In this document: positions 1 to 12,968 of the stretch, one piece after another
Position numbering within the stretch: position 1 is the stretch's first letter
How the letters are laid out: every line of letters starts with the position of its first letter
DNA from: Psammoneis japonica
Taxonomy: Eukaryota
Reading direction: 5' to 3'
Length of the DNA stretch: 64,000 bases
NCBI GenBank assembly: GCA_008632985.1
Contig: QPGO01000027.1
Span: forward strand, 248,001 to 312,000
Made by a program: the position numbers and the translations under genes
The notes under the pieces: model-generated
The model's input: the letters and a program-made list of their open reading frames with translations, nothing else
What the model was told of the DNA's origin: nothing
The model's database searches: none

Positions 1-314
1 GGAGCGCTTTCTGCGCCATTGCTCGAGGCGGCTCCGTCGGTTCCGCTTGAAGCGCTCTCACGGCCACCAGTGTTCGAAGCGGATCCGCTCGAAGCGCTGT
101 TACTACCACTGCTGGAGCCCCCGCCACCACGTGAAGTCCCACTGGAACCTATTTGTTTAAAAGGTTCAAGGCAAAGAGTTTTTGAGCATCATGCTTTCAT
201 AAGGCAAGAGAACAAGAGAGGAACATGTCAATAACGTAGCAACTTACTTCCCGTGGCGGCGCTAATCAATCCAAGAAAGGCAACGAAGAGGAGGATCTTT
301 GGAGAGAGCTTCAT
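1..314 (-). CDS. Secreted Ser/Gly-rich low-complexity protein, 5' part (runs off the window start)
   Basis: ATG at 314 gives signal peptide MKLSPKILLFVAFLGLISAATG; GT-AG intron 149-247; exon 2 reads SSSGTSRGGGGSSSGSNSASSGSASNTGG and stays open to position 1. Confidence 0.75.
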
Positions 315-965
315 GATATCGTCTAGATGGACCTAAATTTTGTTGTCTCGGACGATTTATGGCAGCAAAGTGAGATTTTGTGTGTGGGCTGAGGTAAGTA
401 TGTTATGTCGGAAAAGTCATAAAAAGTGATCCCCGTTTCTCGATTCGGTCTTGGTTTCGCTGGAGACATTCTGAACACATGTATTGAAGCGTCCAGCCAT
501 GAGGAATTTGGCAATATTAAAAATGCTTTTTGACCTCATAGTACGATTATTGCCCTGTCTTTTTCAATCTGTTGTCGTGGTTTCGCCGGTTAGGTCTGCC
601 AATGGAATTCTTCCGTTCTAATCGTTGCTTCACCGGTTTGTACTTGTAGGACTACCAACGAAGTGAAACTAGGCTAATAGATGGAAAATCTAGGTGGGCC
701 ATGCGGGGTCTACCGGATTTTCTTTGCATCTGACGAAACGGTAGTAAACGACTGGAAATCAAACAACACCGTATCTAATGATAATTAGTCACTCTCTACT
801 AGAGAGCTTCTCACCAAAAACCTTTATAGAATAGATTCGGGAGTCATTCGGCTGTTGTTGCAACCTAGCCTCCCATACAATTACAATACAAACTAAAATG
901 TATGCAAGGATGCTGCAGCATCTCAATCAACAATCATGATAGGGATGCATTTAGAAGTCTTGTCT

Positions 966-1509
966 CTAGCCTTCTCGCTTGCATTCGATGCCGACGCAGG
1001 CTTCGCAACCGTCACCGGACATGTCTTCGAAGCAGCCACACACTTTGCAGAGACGGCAGGCAGCACGATGTTCAATTCTGTCAGTTTTGGTTCCCTCTCT
1101 GGCCTCTTTCATACCATCCCTAACCGAGTCAACACCGTCCTTGACACCCTGCCTTACTGCTTTCTTGACAGCTGCTTTCTTGACCGCTTTCTTGACCGCT
1201 GCTTTCTTGACGGGCGCAATTTTGCCGCCCCCCTTCCTTAGCATTTTCTTGACAGAGCCCTTCATACCATCATTGACTTTATCCCTAATCTTCTTCACCC
1301 TGTGCTTACCATCGCCGTCTCCTTTGGCGAGAAAACATAGAATCGAGAACCAACAAGCGTCAGTTCATGATCAAGAATCAGGACGCACAAACGGTGAACA
1401 ACAAACAACGGTGATGAAAATTGCCGTGCAACGTACCGTGGGTAGCATGGGCAATGGCAATAAAGCCAAAAAAGGTGAAGAAAAAGACAGTCCTGGAAGA
1501 CAGCTGCAT
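966..1509 (-). CDS. Small secreted Lys-rich protein with KKAAV/KKAV repeats and a Cys-rich C-terminus
   Basis: Signal peptide MQLSSRTVFFFTFFGFIAIAHA (1509-1437); GTACGT..AG intron 1322-1436 joins in frame to the 966..1298 ORF (VKKAAVKKAVKKAAVKKAV ... CRLCKVCGC..CEACVGIEC). Confidence 0.75.
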
Positions 1510-2357
1510 GTTTTTGGATGCTTTTTCTTGTTGAGTTGTGAGATTGTGGGAGATCTTTTGGCTAGGTACGGTACTCGTAGCGTCAAAAGTTCGGTCACAC
1601 CCAACACGGTCAAACGGTATTGTAGTCATAGATAGAAGACACTCAAAAAGTCAAAGGGCTTAATGATTTGTGTCATTTAGGGCTTATGTAATTTTTCCAA
1701 TGTCTTGCAGAAGTCATTTTCGCATATTCGAATATCACTTTTTATTTTTTCCCGAAAGATGTCAAGTACATACAGTTAGACTAGTAGCCCGCCCTACCGT
1801 ACTAGGCGTCTATGACTGGAATAAGACTTTAGAAAGTGTTTCGGATTCAAGCCCTTCTTACTTGGAGTGAGAGAGTACATCATGGTACAGTACTACCGGT
1901 ACAGAGGCTCTAGTTCCGTCGAGTTTTTTCCCGTGATTGCCCGGGATCGTCGTCTCTCTCTACTAGGGCTCTACTAGCTCTAGAATCTCTACGTAGTACC
2001 TTATATTTTCAAGTCAGTGATACTCTTGGGCACCAGATATCATGTCTTCGGTAGTGCCGGTAGCTAGAGAGTACGGTAGAACAGCTCTGCTTTGGGCCTA
2101 ACTAGCCACAGCAGAGAGCGAGGCTACCGTACCCTGTATATTAGAGCCTAGTAGTAGAGACCTACTGTAGCAAGGCATCGTCATGTTGCAGTGCTTTGAA
2201 ATACTATGTCTAGTACGTTGCTAAGTGTCCACGCAGCATGTTCTACAAGCTCTGCGGTGCCGATTGAGTCCATCACCCTAATGGACTCTGGAGGAAAAAG
2301 GGTCCTTTCCCATGTCCCGTTTCCCAGCAGCTTCAGCGCTTGCTTGAGCGGCGCTGT

Positions 2358-4228
2358 CTATTCATCCTCATTATTCCCCATATGATTTAGAGCGTATTCA
2401 TACTTGACAGGCAAGTGGTCATACAACTCATTCTTGTGAATGTAGATTCCAACTTTGCTCATCTTGAAGGAATCGGCAATCTCAAACTTGTAGTAGAAGT
2501 TACTAGTTGCTTGCTGCTCCTTGTCTCTCGTGGTATCATCCACGAATGGCCAGATCCAAACATTCCCCAAGGTTGGGACACGCATGCCTCGTGGCAAACC
2601 CTCTTTTCCCACTGGGAGTGGTTGACGTTGAATCTTGTGCAGCTTGGTAATAAGCTTCATGTCGGCTGGCTGATGCATACCCAACAAGAGTCTGGCGCGC
2701 TCCGTCTCGCTCAAGTTTGCCTTTTCAAGGGCGGCAATCATTTCCAATTGGTGACGAACCGCATCACCCGACAAAAAGGGTACACCATCGTACTGGTAAA
2801 TGTAATTGACGCAAGTCGTTCGAGACTCTGCGAGCACTTTTTTGTTGACGTGTGGAGTATACACCGGAGGACTCCCATAGGCAAAGGCTCGAAAGGGACG
2901 ACCAGTCATGCGCTCGTCTTGATGCAAGAGCATATTGATGAGGCAGGTGCACCCACCGCCAAGGCCGTGACCAGTCACAATCAACTCGTAGCCTTGGTGC
3001 TTGTCAAGCAACTCGATAATGTCAGAGCCAACCTTGTCCCAAAGTTGCTCCGACATGAGAGAAATGGACGCGTGTGCTTCCCCAGCCAAAAAGCTCCGCG
3101 AGTATTCATTGAAACCAATCATGGCCTCTCGACGAGCAAACGTGCCGCGAATTGCCAGGACGACCTTTTTTCTGCGCCGATCAATCGCTACAAAGTGCCA
3201 AAGCTGACTCGAATCCTTGTCGGTACCCACCGAAACAATATCGCCCCTTGGAATTCCCACATGCTCGGCGATTCCATCTGCAGTCAAGTTTCCTTGACGC
3301 CAGTCCAACAACAAGGACGAGCCGTACGCCGCCACGGCAAACTTGACCACATAAGCTGCATCTGTCATGGGGAAACGCTGCAAGAGAATCTTTTTCGTCT
3401 TGGCACTGTCCAAGAGCATTTCCTCCATTCGATGCTTTCCCATGGCATCCAAGTCGGCTTGCTGAAGGATACGCAAGATTGCCTTGTTTTCGTGAAACCG
3501 CTGGTCGCTCATGCGTTTGTCCGCCTCCTCGAAAAGTAGGTCTCGTTCCGAAGCGTACTGCGTTGTAGGTAAAATAACAACGATACGTATTGGAGTTAGA
3601 AACACCTTTTATAGCCACAAGTCAACCATACTCAGTAGGGCCTACCTTGTATAGAGTGCCATAGCTTTCCCATAAGGCCTTTAGCGAGCCAGTCGGATGA
3701 GACGTGACACAAGACGTGGTATCAACGTCACGCACGACTTGAAACAACGCTTGGTTTCCATTCTCTTTTTCTAGGCTACGCAGAATACTATTCTTTGTAT
3801 CAATCGAAAGCTCATCAAGAGAATACAGCAATGCCAAAGTCTCGATACCGTCCGCATCATTGCAAGCAGACACCAGACCGACTTTGTTTGCCACGTTGAA
3901 TGCACCATAAGCAACGGTTTCGGCGAGACTTAGACTCGATCTGACAAGAGCGCCCGAAAACGGAACAACTGATGTAACAGAAGGAATAACGGTCTCTGCA
4001 AGTTGAAAGACTAAACAACAAAACATAACAGTCAGCTACTGTGTAGCGAAAAAAAACATAGGAGCAAAACAGCACCAACAGGATCTTACCTGGATCCGCC
4101 ACAAACTTGACGGGAAGCAACCACCAGAACAGTACATTTCCTACAACGCCGTCAGCCTGCACCTGTTGTAAATCAACACGAAGGCCATGGATCTGCCCAC
4201 GCACCACCGCGTTGCTGCTGCTGCTCAT
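2358..4228 (-). CDS. Class-3 lipase-like alpha/beta hydrolase, 3 exons, nucleophile motif GHGLGG
   Basis: Exons 4228-4090, 3995-3646, 3557-2358 with GT-AG introns; Lipase_3 motifs VVLAIRGT, IVTGHGLGGG, AYGSPP, DGVP, and C-terminal DH. Confidence 0.8.
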
Positions 4229-4485
4229 GGTTTATTCTGTGATTACTGTAGACTAACACTATGATGATGTTCTGATGCTTGATGTGAAACGTGAAACGGA
4301 ATAATTCAAAAATGGGCTCGTCGCCCGAAAAAGTGAGCGCTGGACCAATCAAAATGGCCGGATCTTAACATTGGAATCCCTCAGATACGTAGAAATAACA
4401 AAAATACTTAGAATTAGCACAACCCGCTATCTATGATAACCTCGTACCTACTGCGGTGGTACTAATATTATGTACTTCTACTGTA

Positions 4486-4527
4486 CCATGCCATGCCATG
4501 CCATGCCATGCCATGCCATGCCATGCC
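4486..4527. repeat. (CCATG)n microsatellite, about 8 units
   Basis: Directly visible tandem CCATG. Confidence 0.95.
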
Positions 4528-4767
4528 GCAGAGAGTCTACTCTAGAGAGAGAAGCTACTACTAGAGTAGAGAGTAGATAGAAGTAACCTTTTAGCTCTTG
4601 AGTCTTTCTGGAGAGTAGCTCTAGTAGCTACTCTAGTCTACTCTAGAGCAGAGAGGGCTATCGTCGCTAATGCTGGAACTTCCTAAACACTAAAAACTAA
4701 AACTGTTATACATGCAGATGCCTCGTCATACGCAAAGTGGTATATGGAGGAACCAACCACAAGCATT

Positions 4768-7700
4768 TCAGCGAACCTCCCGCTGTCGTGCGAGAGAGAA
4801 CATGGTGCCAAGCGCAAGCACCAAAAAGAATGCCAGCAGCACTCCGATGTTGCCACTAACTGAAGGCGGGTTATCAAATGCATAAATCTCGTTTACAAGG
4901 TCCTCATGCACTGTACCCCGAAAGAAACTCAGCGCAAGACCCTGCAACGTGTACTTGCAAGGGCTCACCCACTGTAACCAACTGATAAAGCTTTCCATGG
5001 ATGGGAACGGGACAAAGCCGCCCGATAAAGCGAGGCTCACAGTCACCACACCCGATCCCATTAAGAATGCCAAGTCCTGCGAAGGGAGAATGATTGAATG
5101 GAAGAGAACCAAGGCACTTCCGGTCAGTCCGCTCGTTATCAGAACGGCAAGATAAGTGAAGAACGATTCCCACTTCTCCATTACAGGGCTCCACAGGTTG
5201 CACATGTTGACAATAATAATGGTTTCGATTGTCGCCGCAATGATAATCACCCATGTTTCCAGAATGATTTGTGAAAGGCAGTAAATCCAAGGTGAATACA
5301 AACCAAGCGCACTTTCCGCCAGGTAAAACTTCTTGTCGTGGACAAACACCGGGATCATCGCAAAGGGCAACAGGTACGAAACCAGTATGATAAAAGTCAT
5401 GGCCCCTACAATGGCGTTGACCTCTGCACCGAGGTTCACACCACCGTCAATATTGCCAACATTCCAGAACAGCAGGCCGTCCACCAAAGAGCATGCACCG
5501 TAAAGGACAATCCTACAGGCAAAGTTTGCAAGATTGCGGACGTAGTGGTTTGTGAGATTGCGCTTAACCACGAAGCGGAATTTCCACCAAGCACCTGGAG
5601 GTTTCGTAACATCATGGTCCATGTCCTTGATAGTTGAGACGAGGTCCTTGGACATGTCTCGCGTTAATGACGACCTGGCTTCGCCTGAAAGATCAGCGGC
5701 GCGAGCCACAATGTCAGACGGTAAATCATACCAATCTGGCAACTGTGCATGAAATACATTCTGGTAAAGAACTTCCAAGCGCAACATACAGTCAGAAAAG
5801 ACTGTTGCGCCTTTGTCAAGGAGTACGAGACGGTCAAACTCGCGGAAAAGAGCACCACTGGGTTGATGAATCACTACCATTGCAGCCACACTCCTTGAAA
5901 TACAAAGTCTCTTCAGAAGGCGAGTCACAGACAAAGCATTCTCGGAGTCCAATCCACTGTGAACAAAAAAGCGCAAGTTCATTCAATGTAACAATATCCA
6001 GGTGCAATGAGACCACAGAACCAACTGCACATACCTTGTGATTTCGTCAAGAAATAATACCCGCGGCTTGAGGGCAAGAGCGCAAGCCACAGCGAGGCGC
6101 TTCCGCTCACCACCAGACATACCGCGAATCGTAAGACCGCCTGCGAGCTCGCCTCCGATTGGACGCTGGCACGTCTTCCAACTGAAGTTTAAGGAACCAC
6201 ACGGCAAACATCAGAACACGCGTTTCGGTGTTGTCGTCCATTACGAAATAAACTTTCAACGTCTTACCTCAACCCGACCTCTTCGAGCACAGTTCGAACG
6301 CGACTCATGCGCACAGCATCACCGCGAGGGTCCTTGCCCTGTTTCAGATTCGCCGCGAACGCGACAGCTTCTTCTGGAGTTTGTGTCGGGAAGAACGCTT
6401 CGTGCTGTGGCACATATGCGGCAACAGAATTAAGAATGCTGCACGCGTTCCTTTTCTGTGCCTGCCTAGCACAATATTCATTGCCAAGAACTGAAATCCT
6501 ACCATCAAGCCTCCCAAGAGCCTTTCGTCCCGACAAAACGTCGAGAAGGGTACTTTTACCAGAACCACTGCCTCCCATAATCGCTGTCAACTCTCCCGGT
6601 CGTAGCTGGCCGTACGAGTCGTCGAGGCTAGTAACATCGGCATCCGACGCACTCTTTCCGCGATAGGAGCAGGAAACTCTCGACCACGACAGTAGTGGTG
6701 TTAGCGCCATCGTATCTTCTTCGTCTTCGGTATGTTGCATTGGAAAACTCTCTTCTTTCGAAGATCCCATTATGATGTCCCCACTTCCAACCCACGATGA
6801 CTTCGATCCCCGCCTTGGCGCATCAGGAGTGTCTTCAGTGTTCTTCCTCTGAAGAAGTGTCATTGTACAAACAATAGCACTGAATAGAAATGACACAGTA
6901 AGCAAAACGATCGAGAATATCAGAGGGAACACCTCCAAAGCGTTCTCGGCATATTGGTCCGCGTACTCCTCTAGAAACTGGTCCGACATAAACTCTGCAA
7001 GCATATAGACAGATGAAAGTAAGCCAGCGGACAGTGGGAAACGTCGAAGAACGGACGAGTCAACTACGCGAACACCAGTCAAGCCTCCCATCAGCTTCAA
7101 ATCGCCATCAACAACACTGCCAACTGCACAGCCACCCACAAAGTGCCAGTTGGTGTTTGAGGAGGCCGACAGCCATTCTTGCATTGTCAAGTTTCCCGGA
7201 CCTATTTCTTTCATCCCAAAGTCCGGTGGAAAACTGTTGACTACCTCTCGCATGGATTCGACGCAGTCTGACGCCATGAGAAAGTCTCGAGGATCTTCCA
7301 GAAAGTTGGTGTGGACCTCCGGCTGAGCAAAAGCGTCCTCCACATTCGAGATACTAATGTTTCCGGTACTAACCGAGTTCAATTCACAAATAGCTGCAAA
7401 GGTTGGCCGGTCTCTCGCTACGGTCCCCGCAAAAGAGGACGTTTGATATCCCAAGAGACCCGCTTTGCCTAAAGTACAGCTCAGAGCAATACCGTATGGG
7501 CCACCTTCACCGGTTTCAAACTGCCGCTGTGCTTCATCTGTTAGAAGCGTGGAGTTATTCGCCCAGTCCATAGGCCGTCCTTGATATTCACCCAACGCGC
7601 CAACAAGAAGTCTTGCTCTGGTGTCCGCGCCAACAGGAAGATCTGCAAGAATCGTGGCGACGCCCTTCTCCTTCAGCAATTCTGAAGGTCCAATTCCCGA

Positions 7701-8619
7701 CAACTGCAGTAATTTGGGCGACCCGTAGGGTCCTGCTGACAGAATGATTTCCTCCTTTGCTGAGATCCTCATTGGTTTCTCGAGATCACCAACAGAGGAC
7801 ACCACAAACTCGACTGGACCCTTCATGCGATTCAAATAGTCTTGTGACGGTTGCGTCCTGGATAACAGAGAGTGAATTCTTGCAGGTGCCTTGGAGGGCC
7901 GGTTTCAAGTACACTTCATCAGCACTAAATCGACGTCCATTTTCGTTGCCAAACAAGAAATTCAGCTCAACCGTGTTCCTGCTCACCCCTCCTGGAACCA
8001 GTTTCTCTGTATTCTCCTCAAAACCATTAGCTAAAAATGCATTGATCGCATCCTTTGTGTAGTTTTGTTGCACACCTTCTGCTGGCTGTGTAACAACCAA
8101 AGTTTTACTGACGCGCTCAAAGACTCGGTTTGCGACCGGGGTGACGAGTCCATTAATGCCCCATTGCTCGGCCGTACCATCGAGTGGGAGTGTGTACTGA
8201 AACGAAATGGTACTCGCCCCACCCAAGGTGGCAGCATCATACATTGGTACTTTTCGACCTAATCGACCAGTTTCGGTATCAAACATGTTTTCATTTGGTT
8301 GAGATACGATGGTTTTCCAGATGCCTTGTTGAGCGGGACTCGGTTTACTAAGGTACAAGAGCTCGTTCTGTCTAAAATTGTTTGCAGGGAATTCTTGATC
8401 GGCAGTACGAGGAGCGCCACGTTCCAGCATAACAATCTTTGCTTTCGGAAGATCTTGACACAATCTGGCTGCTAAAACACAGCCAGCTGAACCTCCTCCC
8501 ACAATTACAAAATCTGCTGATGTCGGAAGATCGTCCTTTCCTGCAACTAGCATGGCTGCTTCAGTCAATTGATTGGTCCAGAGGGTGGGAAAGCTGAGTA
8601 GCAGAGGCAGTAGTAGCAT
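4768..8619 (-). CDS. Fusion of a secreted GMC oxidoreductase, a TM helix and an ABCG half-transporter (NBD-TMD); one apparent frameshift near 7790-7805
   Basis: Signal peptide; FVIVGGGSAGCVLAARL (FAD binding), EIILSAGPYGSPKLLQLSGIGP, WHFVGGC, GVRVVDSS (GMC); hydrophobic helix; Walker A GGSGSGKST, signature MSGGERKR, Walker B LFLDE, IHQP, multi-TM ABC2 membrane domain; introns 6182-6267 and 5957-6034. The GMC C-terminus and NBD lie in one ORF (6264..7835). Confidence 0.85.
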
Positions 8620-9093
8620 GGTGATGCAGCAAGGGAAATTTACTCTCAGCGGCGACGAGATAACCGGCTTATCTTCAAAATGTCGAAAGGTTGTTCTCTT
8701 TTCTCTACCGGTATATCTTAAGGCAACCTGACAGTTAAAACTTATCCCGCCGCAAAAGCAACACTCGATAGACACTCGCCTACAACAAACGACAACCGGC
8801 GTAAAGTTACCCCTTGATTGATAGACAGCACACGCACAACTTGACTGAACATAGGGCCCTAGATATCAAACATCAGAGATAGAAAACCCAAAAAACCGAG
8901 GAGCAGAAAAATGAGAAGGCTTCACTTGTTGTAATCTCTATGTATGAAGGTTTTAATAACTTGTTGTGTTCGCTTTAGCTGCATCTCTAGAGAGGGCCTA
9001 CTCTGCTCTACAGTACCGTATGTACTGTACTGTACACAAATTCTTAAGTGTAGTATCTTTCCGTTGAAAGATCCTCACCTCTTGCGGCAAGCC

Positions 9094-9821
9094 ATGGGAA
9101 TCTTCCGTCGTAAGGTTACCGCCGTCGGATTGCTGGCTTGTAACATACTCAGTTGTGCACAAGGCTTGGCAGAAGTGGCCATGGTTGATGTTCAGAGGCT
9201 AGAAAGGAAGGTTGAGGACCTCTTCCAGGAGGTCAGCTCGTTGCCGATCCGCATGTCTCGCAAGAACGGCAACATTGAAGTGCGTTCCAAGTTTGACGGC
9301 AGCTGCATGGTTTCGGTAGCAGAAGCAAAGGAGATTAATCAACATCCACGTCACTTTCGAAAGTTTCTTGAAGAGTTTGCTGAAGCGTTCCCAAAGGTCA
9401 ACCCCATGGCCCAAAACGTTGTACCTCTCGAAGGAAATAAGGACCGTGAAGCGTAAAGAGCGTCTTGAACTTTCCGTTTCCTCTGACAAACCGAATCATG
9501 GTTCATTGGAAGTATCTGAAACTTGATCGTTCGCCAGATGAGCACATGTTGATTATTTCTGAAGAGGGCAACGAAGACGTCTTGGCCAAGCACTTGACAG
9601 AGGAAGACAAGAAAAGGTATGTGTTGGCTCGTACATTTCTCTGCGTTTACTGGATCAAACCAGTCCTGAAGAATGGGAAAGTCATGGGATCAAACATACG
9701 GTATGCTTTTAGTGGAGATACGGGTGGAAGTATCCCTGTTTGGATTCAAAATGCCGTGGGTCCAAAGACGGCTTATGACTCGGTGAACGGCCTAGTTGAC
9801 TACGTTAAGAAAGGCGCGTGA
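9094..9821 (+). CDS. START-domain (lipid-binding) protein, frameshift near 9450
   Basis: FPFPLTNR, SGDTGGSIPVWIQN are START-type motifs; adding one base at GAAGCGTAAAG restores EGVKSVLNFPFP and joins the two ORFs. Confidence 0.7.
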
Positions 9822-9922
9822 CCTTCAACCAGCGAAGTTCATGAAAGCGTCGCAATACATATAGAAATACGGTAGTTTCAAATAAGGTAGCATCGTACTT
9901 TTCGGAGCCGATCTTCGAAAAG

Positions 9923-10731
9923 TTATTCCGTGACATTTCGTACCCGAGCAAATGATGCAATGACAATCCGATGGTCACTACCGCCGCAAGATCCAATCCT
10001 GGCCCCTCCAGAGTCAAGCAACTGCAAATCCTTGGAATGAAAAATGTAATCATATTCAAAGCTCAACAAGGGTACACCGCATAAGCCAAAACTCCAAGTA
10101 GACGTATTCCACCCAATCTTGGGAACATTCATAAAGCTCATCCTCTCGAGGTAACGTATGCAGGCGCCGTTGGGACGCTCATTGAAGTCACCAACAATGA
10201 TAGTAGGTACATCTGTCAGGAGTTGTCTGAAGAATGTTTTGATTTCATCCAAGCGCTTCGCCTTGACGTCTTTCGAGAAGTATCCTCCGACCCAATCAGC
10301 ATGTACGCCGTACCAGTTGCGTTCGTGCGTGAAGAGAACCGGTGCCCGAAGATGGACTACCAAAATTTGGAGTATATCGTCATTGTTTGAGTAGTTTTCA
10401 TGCAAATCACGGTTGTTTGGCAATTTCAACATGATGCGTCCAGCTGGGTACCACCCACGCTCGGTTTCTTTTATTGTTTGAACGCAGTCGATTGGAAACT
10501 TTGAAAGACACGCAAATCCAGCCCATGGATTGTAAGACTCATTATGAAAATAACTAAAAGGATATTTTTCAAGATATCGTGCTGTTGTTTCAAGTAGGTT
10601 TCCCAATCACGGTTGATTTCTTGTACATCTGCGCCACACGTTGCAATCACCCGGGAAGTTGCTTCGTTCGACGGAGACTTGCAAATGTGGCTTACATTGT
10701 AAGTTGCGACGACAATATGATTTTCCGTCAT
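9923..10731 (-). CDS. Endonuclease/exonuclease/phosphatase (EEP) family protein, frameshifted
   Basis: VATYNV, DVQE, LSKFPI, VHL, IIVGDFN, YDYIF, GSDH motifs split over two frames; the shift plausibly lies at an A-run near 10565-10570. Confidence 0.75.
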
Positions 10732-11736
10732 GCTTGTGCTTTGGAAAAGGATACGCGTTAATGAAACGCCGTACTGCAGAGTGACAGCCTCCGGCTCCGC
10801 TCAGGTCATCATGGTCCGATTTTCGCTTTCTCCGATCGCTTTGCAGCACATGCGCCTATCCTGCAAGCGTCGGCCGTTTCTCGTCTGTACCTTGAGTCCA
10901 GTTGAACGGGATTTCGTTCAAATCGAGCTCGGTGAAGCGATCTGCTCTACGTGTGCTATGGTACAAACCTGTAGTGGCATGGTGTTAACATATATATAAT
11001 GAATAAAAGGGTACAAAAATGTGGACATTTTCAAAAAGAAATGCTGCACATAAAATGTGCAAGAAACAACATTTGAGTGAACGTCGAAAAACGAAAAACC
11101 TGCGCGAGCGGACGCAAAATCTGAAACAAGTCATCGGAGCTCGAGTCGATGTTGGCCAGTTGCGTAGAATGTAGAATGTACGCTGAACATGCACCAGGGA
11201 AAACCCGGATGTGTGGCCAACTTTGGCCAAAGCTGGACACAAGGGTGCGAGACCCGTCTGGCCGGCATCGAAGATCCAGGAAGTTCAAAGAGCGCGCAAT
11301 CCGATGAGATCCAGCATTCATCTAAGACCCGTTCCATTGCCCTTGCGAACCCCTGCGAAACCTGTGAAACGACATTTTTCAAAAATGTTTGAAATGACGT
11401 CACTTTCTGAATGTTGACGTCTCTGATGCTGTCACTGATCTCGCATTCGTAACGGCGAGAGCTGCGAGGTGCGCGGGGTTCGCTTCCACCGTGCTGGGAT
11501 GAAGCACCAGCATCAGTGCTGTTGACACAGAAAAAGCAAATCAACCACGCTCATGCGAACGTGCAATGTCTTCGTTTGATCAAGATGCACCAGATCTCAA
11601 TGCATTGGTGGCAATGAGACCAAGGAAAAAGAAAAAGAGGATGGCTCCATTGGCAGAACTCATTGCTGTGTTGTGTCTGCACGCTGACGCCATTGAACGA
11701 TGAGAATCATCATGCGAGCGTTCTCATGCGAGATGC

Positions 11737-12968
11737 ATGCTTCGGGACTTGCTTGATTCACGCTGTGCCTCCTTGCTCACCGGAGAATTTGCAACTGTTT
11801 TCAGAATGCCTCCACACGCCATGGAGTGCCTCCGAAACAAATTGCATCCGCACTTGAAGCCAAAGTTGTCGGATGCCAACACAGCCGGCCGACAGGATTG
11901 CGACCGGAGGCCACTTGCGGTCGATGAAAAGGTGCATCTCGGCTGCATGGGGTCTGGAGGTTGTTCTTTGGGTGGTCTCATTTTTGCTTTTGGCTTGGGT
12001 CACACGAGTGTGGAGGACACGTTGTTTGATTTTTTCAAAGCCATTGTTGAAGCCGGTGTTGGCACCACACATTTTCCCACGACAGAGCCAGAGCTGCGAC
12101 ACTTGGCAAATCAATTTTTACAAAACAAGAACAACCTTCCGGAATTGTGCGTTGGTCATGTGGGAGCAGGAGATGGACGTGCTGTGAGAATTCGCATGCC
12201 AGGCAGCGACGAATGCGAGAATCCAATGGCGCATGTCAATCGGAAGGGTTTTCCAGCCATCAGTGTTCAAGCGATTGCAGATGCAGTCTTAAAGTGTCGA
12301 GTGTTGGACGTCCATGCCACAGGAAATGCTCATGACAGGACAGCTTGGGAATTGTGCACCACAGCCACGAGATGGGAGAATGAAATGCGATCAAGCATCG
12401 AGGCACCGAGAGGCACTGCTGCATCTCTTTGGATGAGGCTTGTGGCTGTGGTGCAAATCGGGTTGGTCCATGGCCAGGCACTGGGCTTGCAGAGCGTGAG
12501 CCACACAAGGATGCCTTCAACTGTCATCTGAACAAAGGCCACCACAATTGCATTGAGCGCATGTGGGGCAATGTCCACCAGAAGTTTGGGATTTTTTGGC
12601 GTCCTTTGCTTTTTCCATTGCGCAGGTGTCCGGTGGTAATTCAATCTATTTTTCGTCTGCACAATTTCCTGAAAGACCTTGGTGTTGATGATGATGAATT
12701 GTGCGTTCCTTCAGTCAACAACGGACCGGGTCAGCATCGACAGGGTGAGCCATTCCTTTCCTCAGACGAGCCCATGGGGCACGACCACAACCTGTGTCCC
12801 ATGGACCAATGCTGGCTTGAAGACAGGGCCATCCCACGGGTGCGTCATGGGCAGTGTCCAATTCGGGAACAGATCACAGATTCATTGAGAACTGCCAACA
12901 TTGTTCGCCCACCTCGCAGTGGCGGCAGAAATGCAGTGTCGGCATTGATGGCATCGAATCACAACTAG
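11737..12968 (+). pseudogene. Harbinger (DDE_Tnp_4-type) transposase, frameshifted near 12430; true start probably further upstream
   Basis: FRM, GAGDG, NRKGFPAISVQAIAD, GNAHD, DEAC, FNCH, IERMWG, LHNF match the Harbinger/IS5 DDE core. Confidence 0.85.

Noticed and set aside
2415..3539. Long plus-strand ORF of 374 aa (and 979..1635, 19597..20214)
   Set aside because: Antisense shadows of well-supported genes on the opposite strand
11295..11325. Extension of the 126-bp TIR beyond the Harbinger insertion (TCATCTAA vs revcomp TCATCTTAA at the right end)
   Set aside because: Match is only about 8 bp with a gap; suggestive of nesting but could be chance
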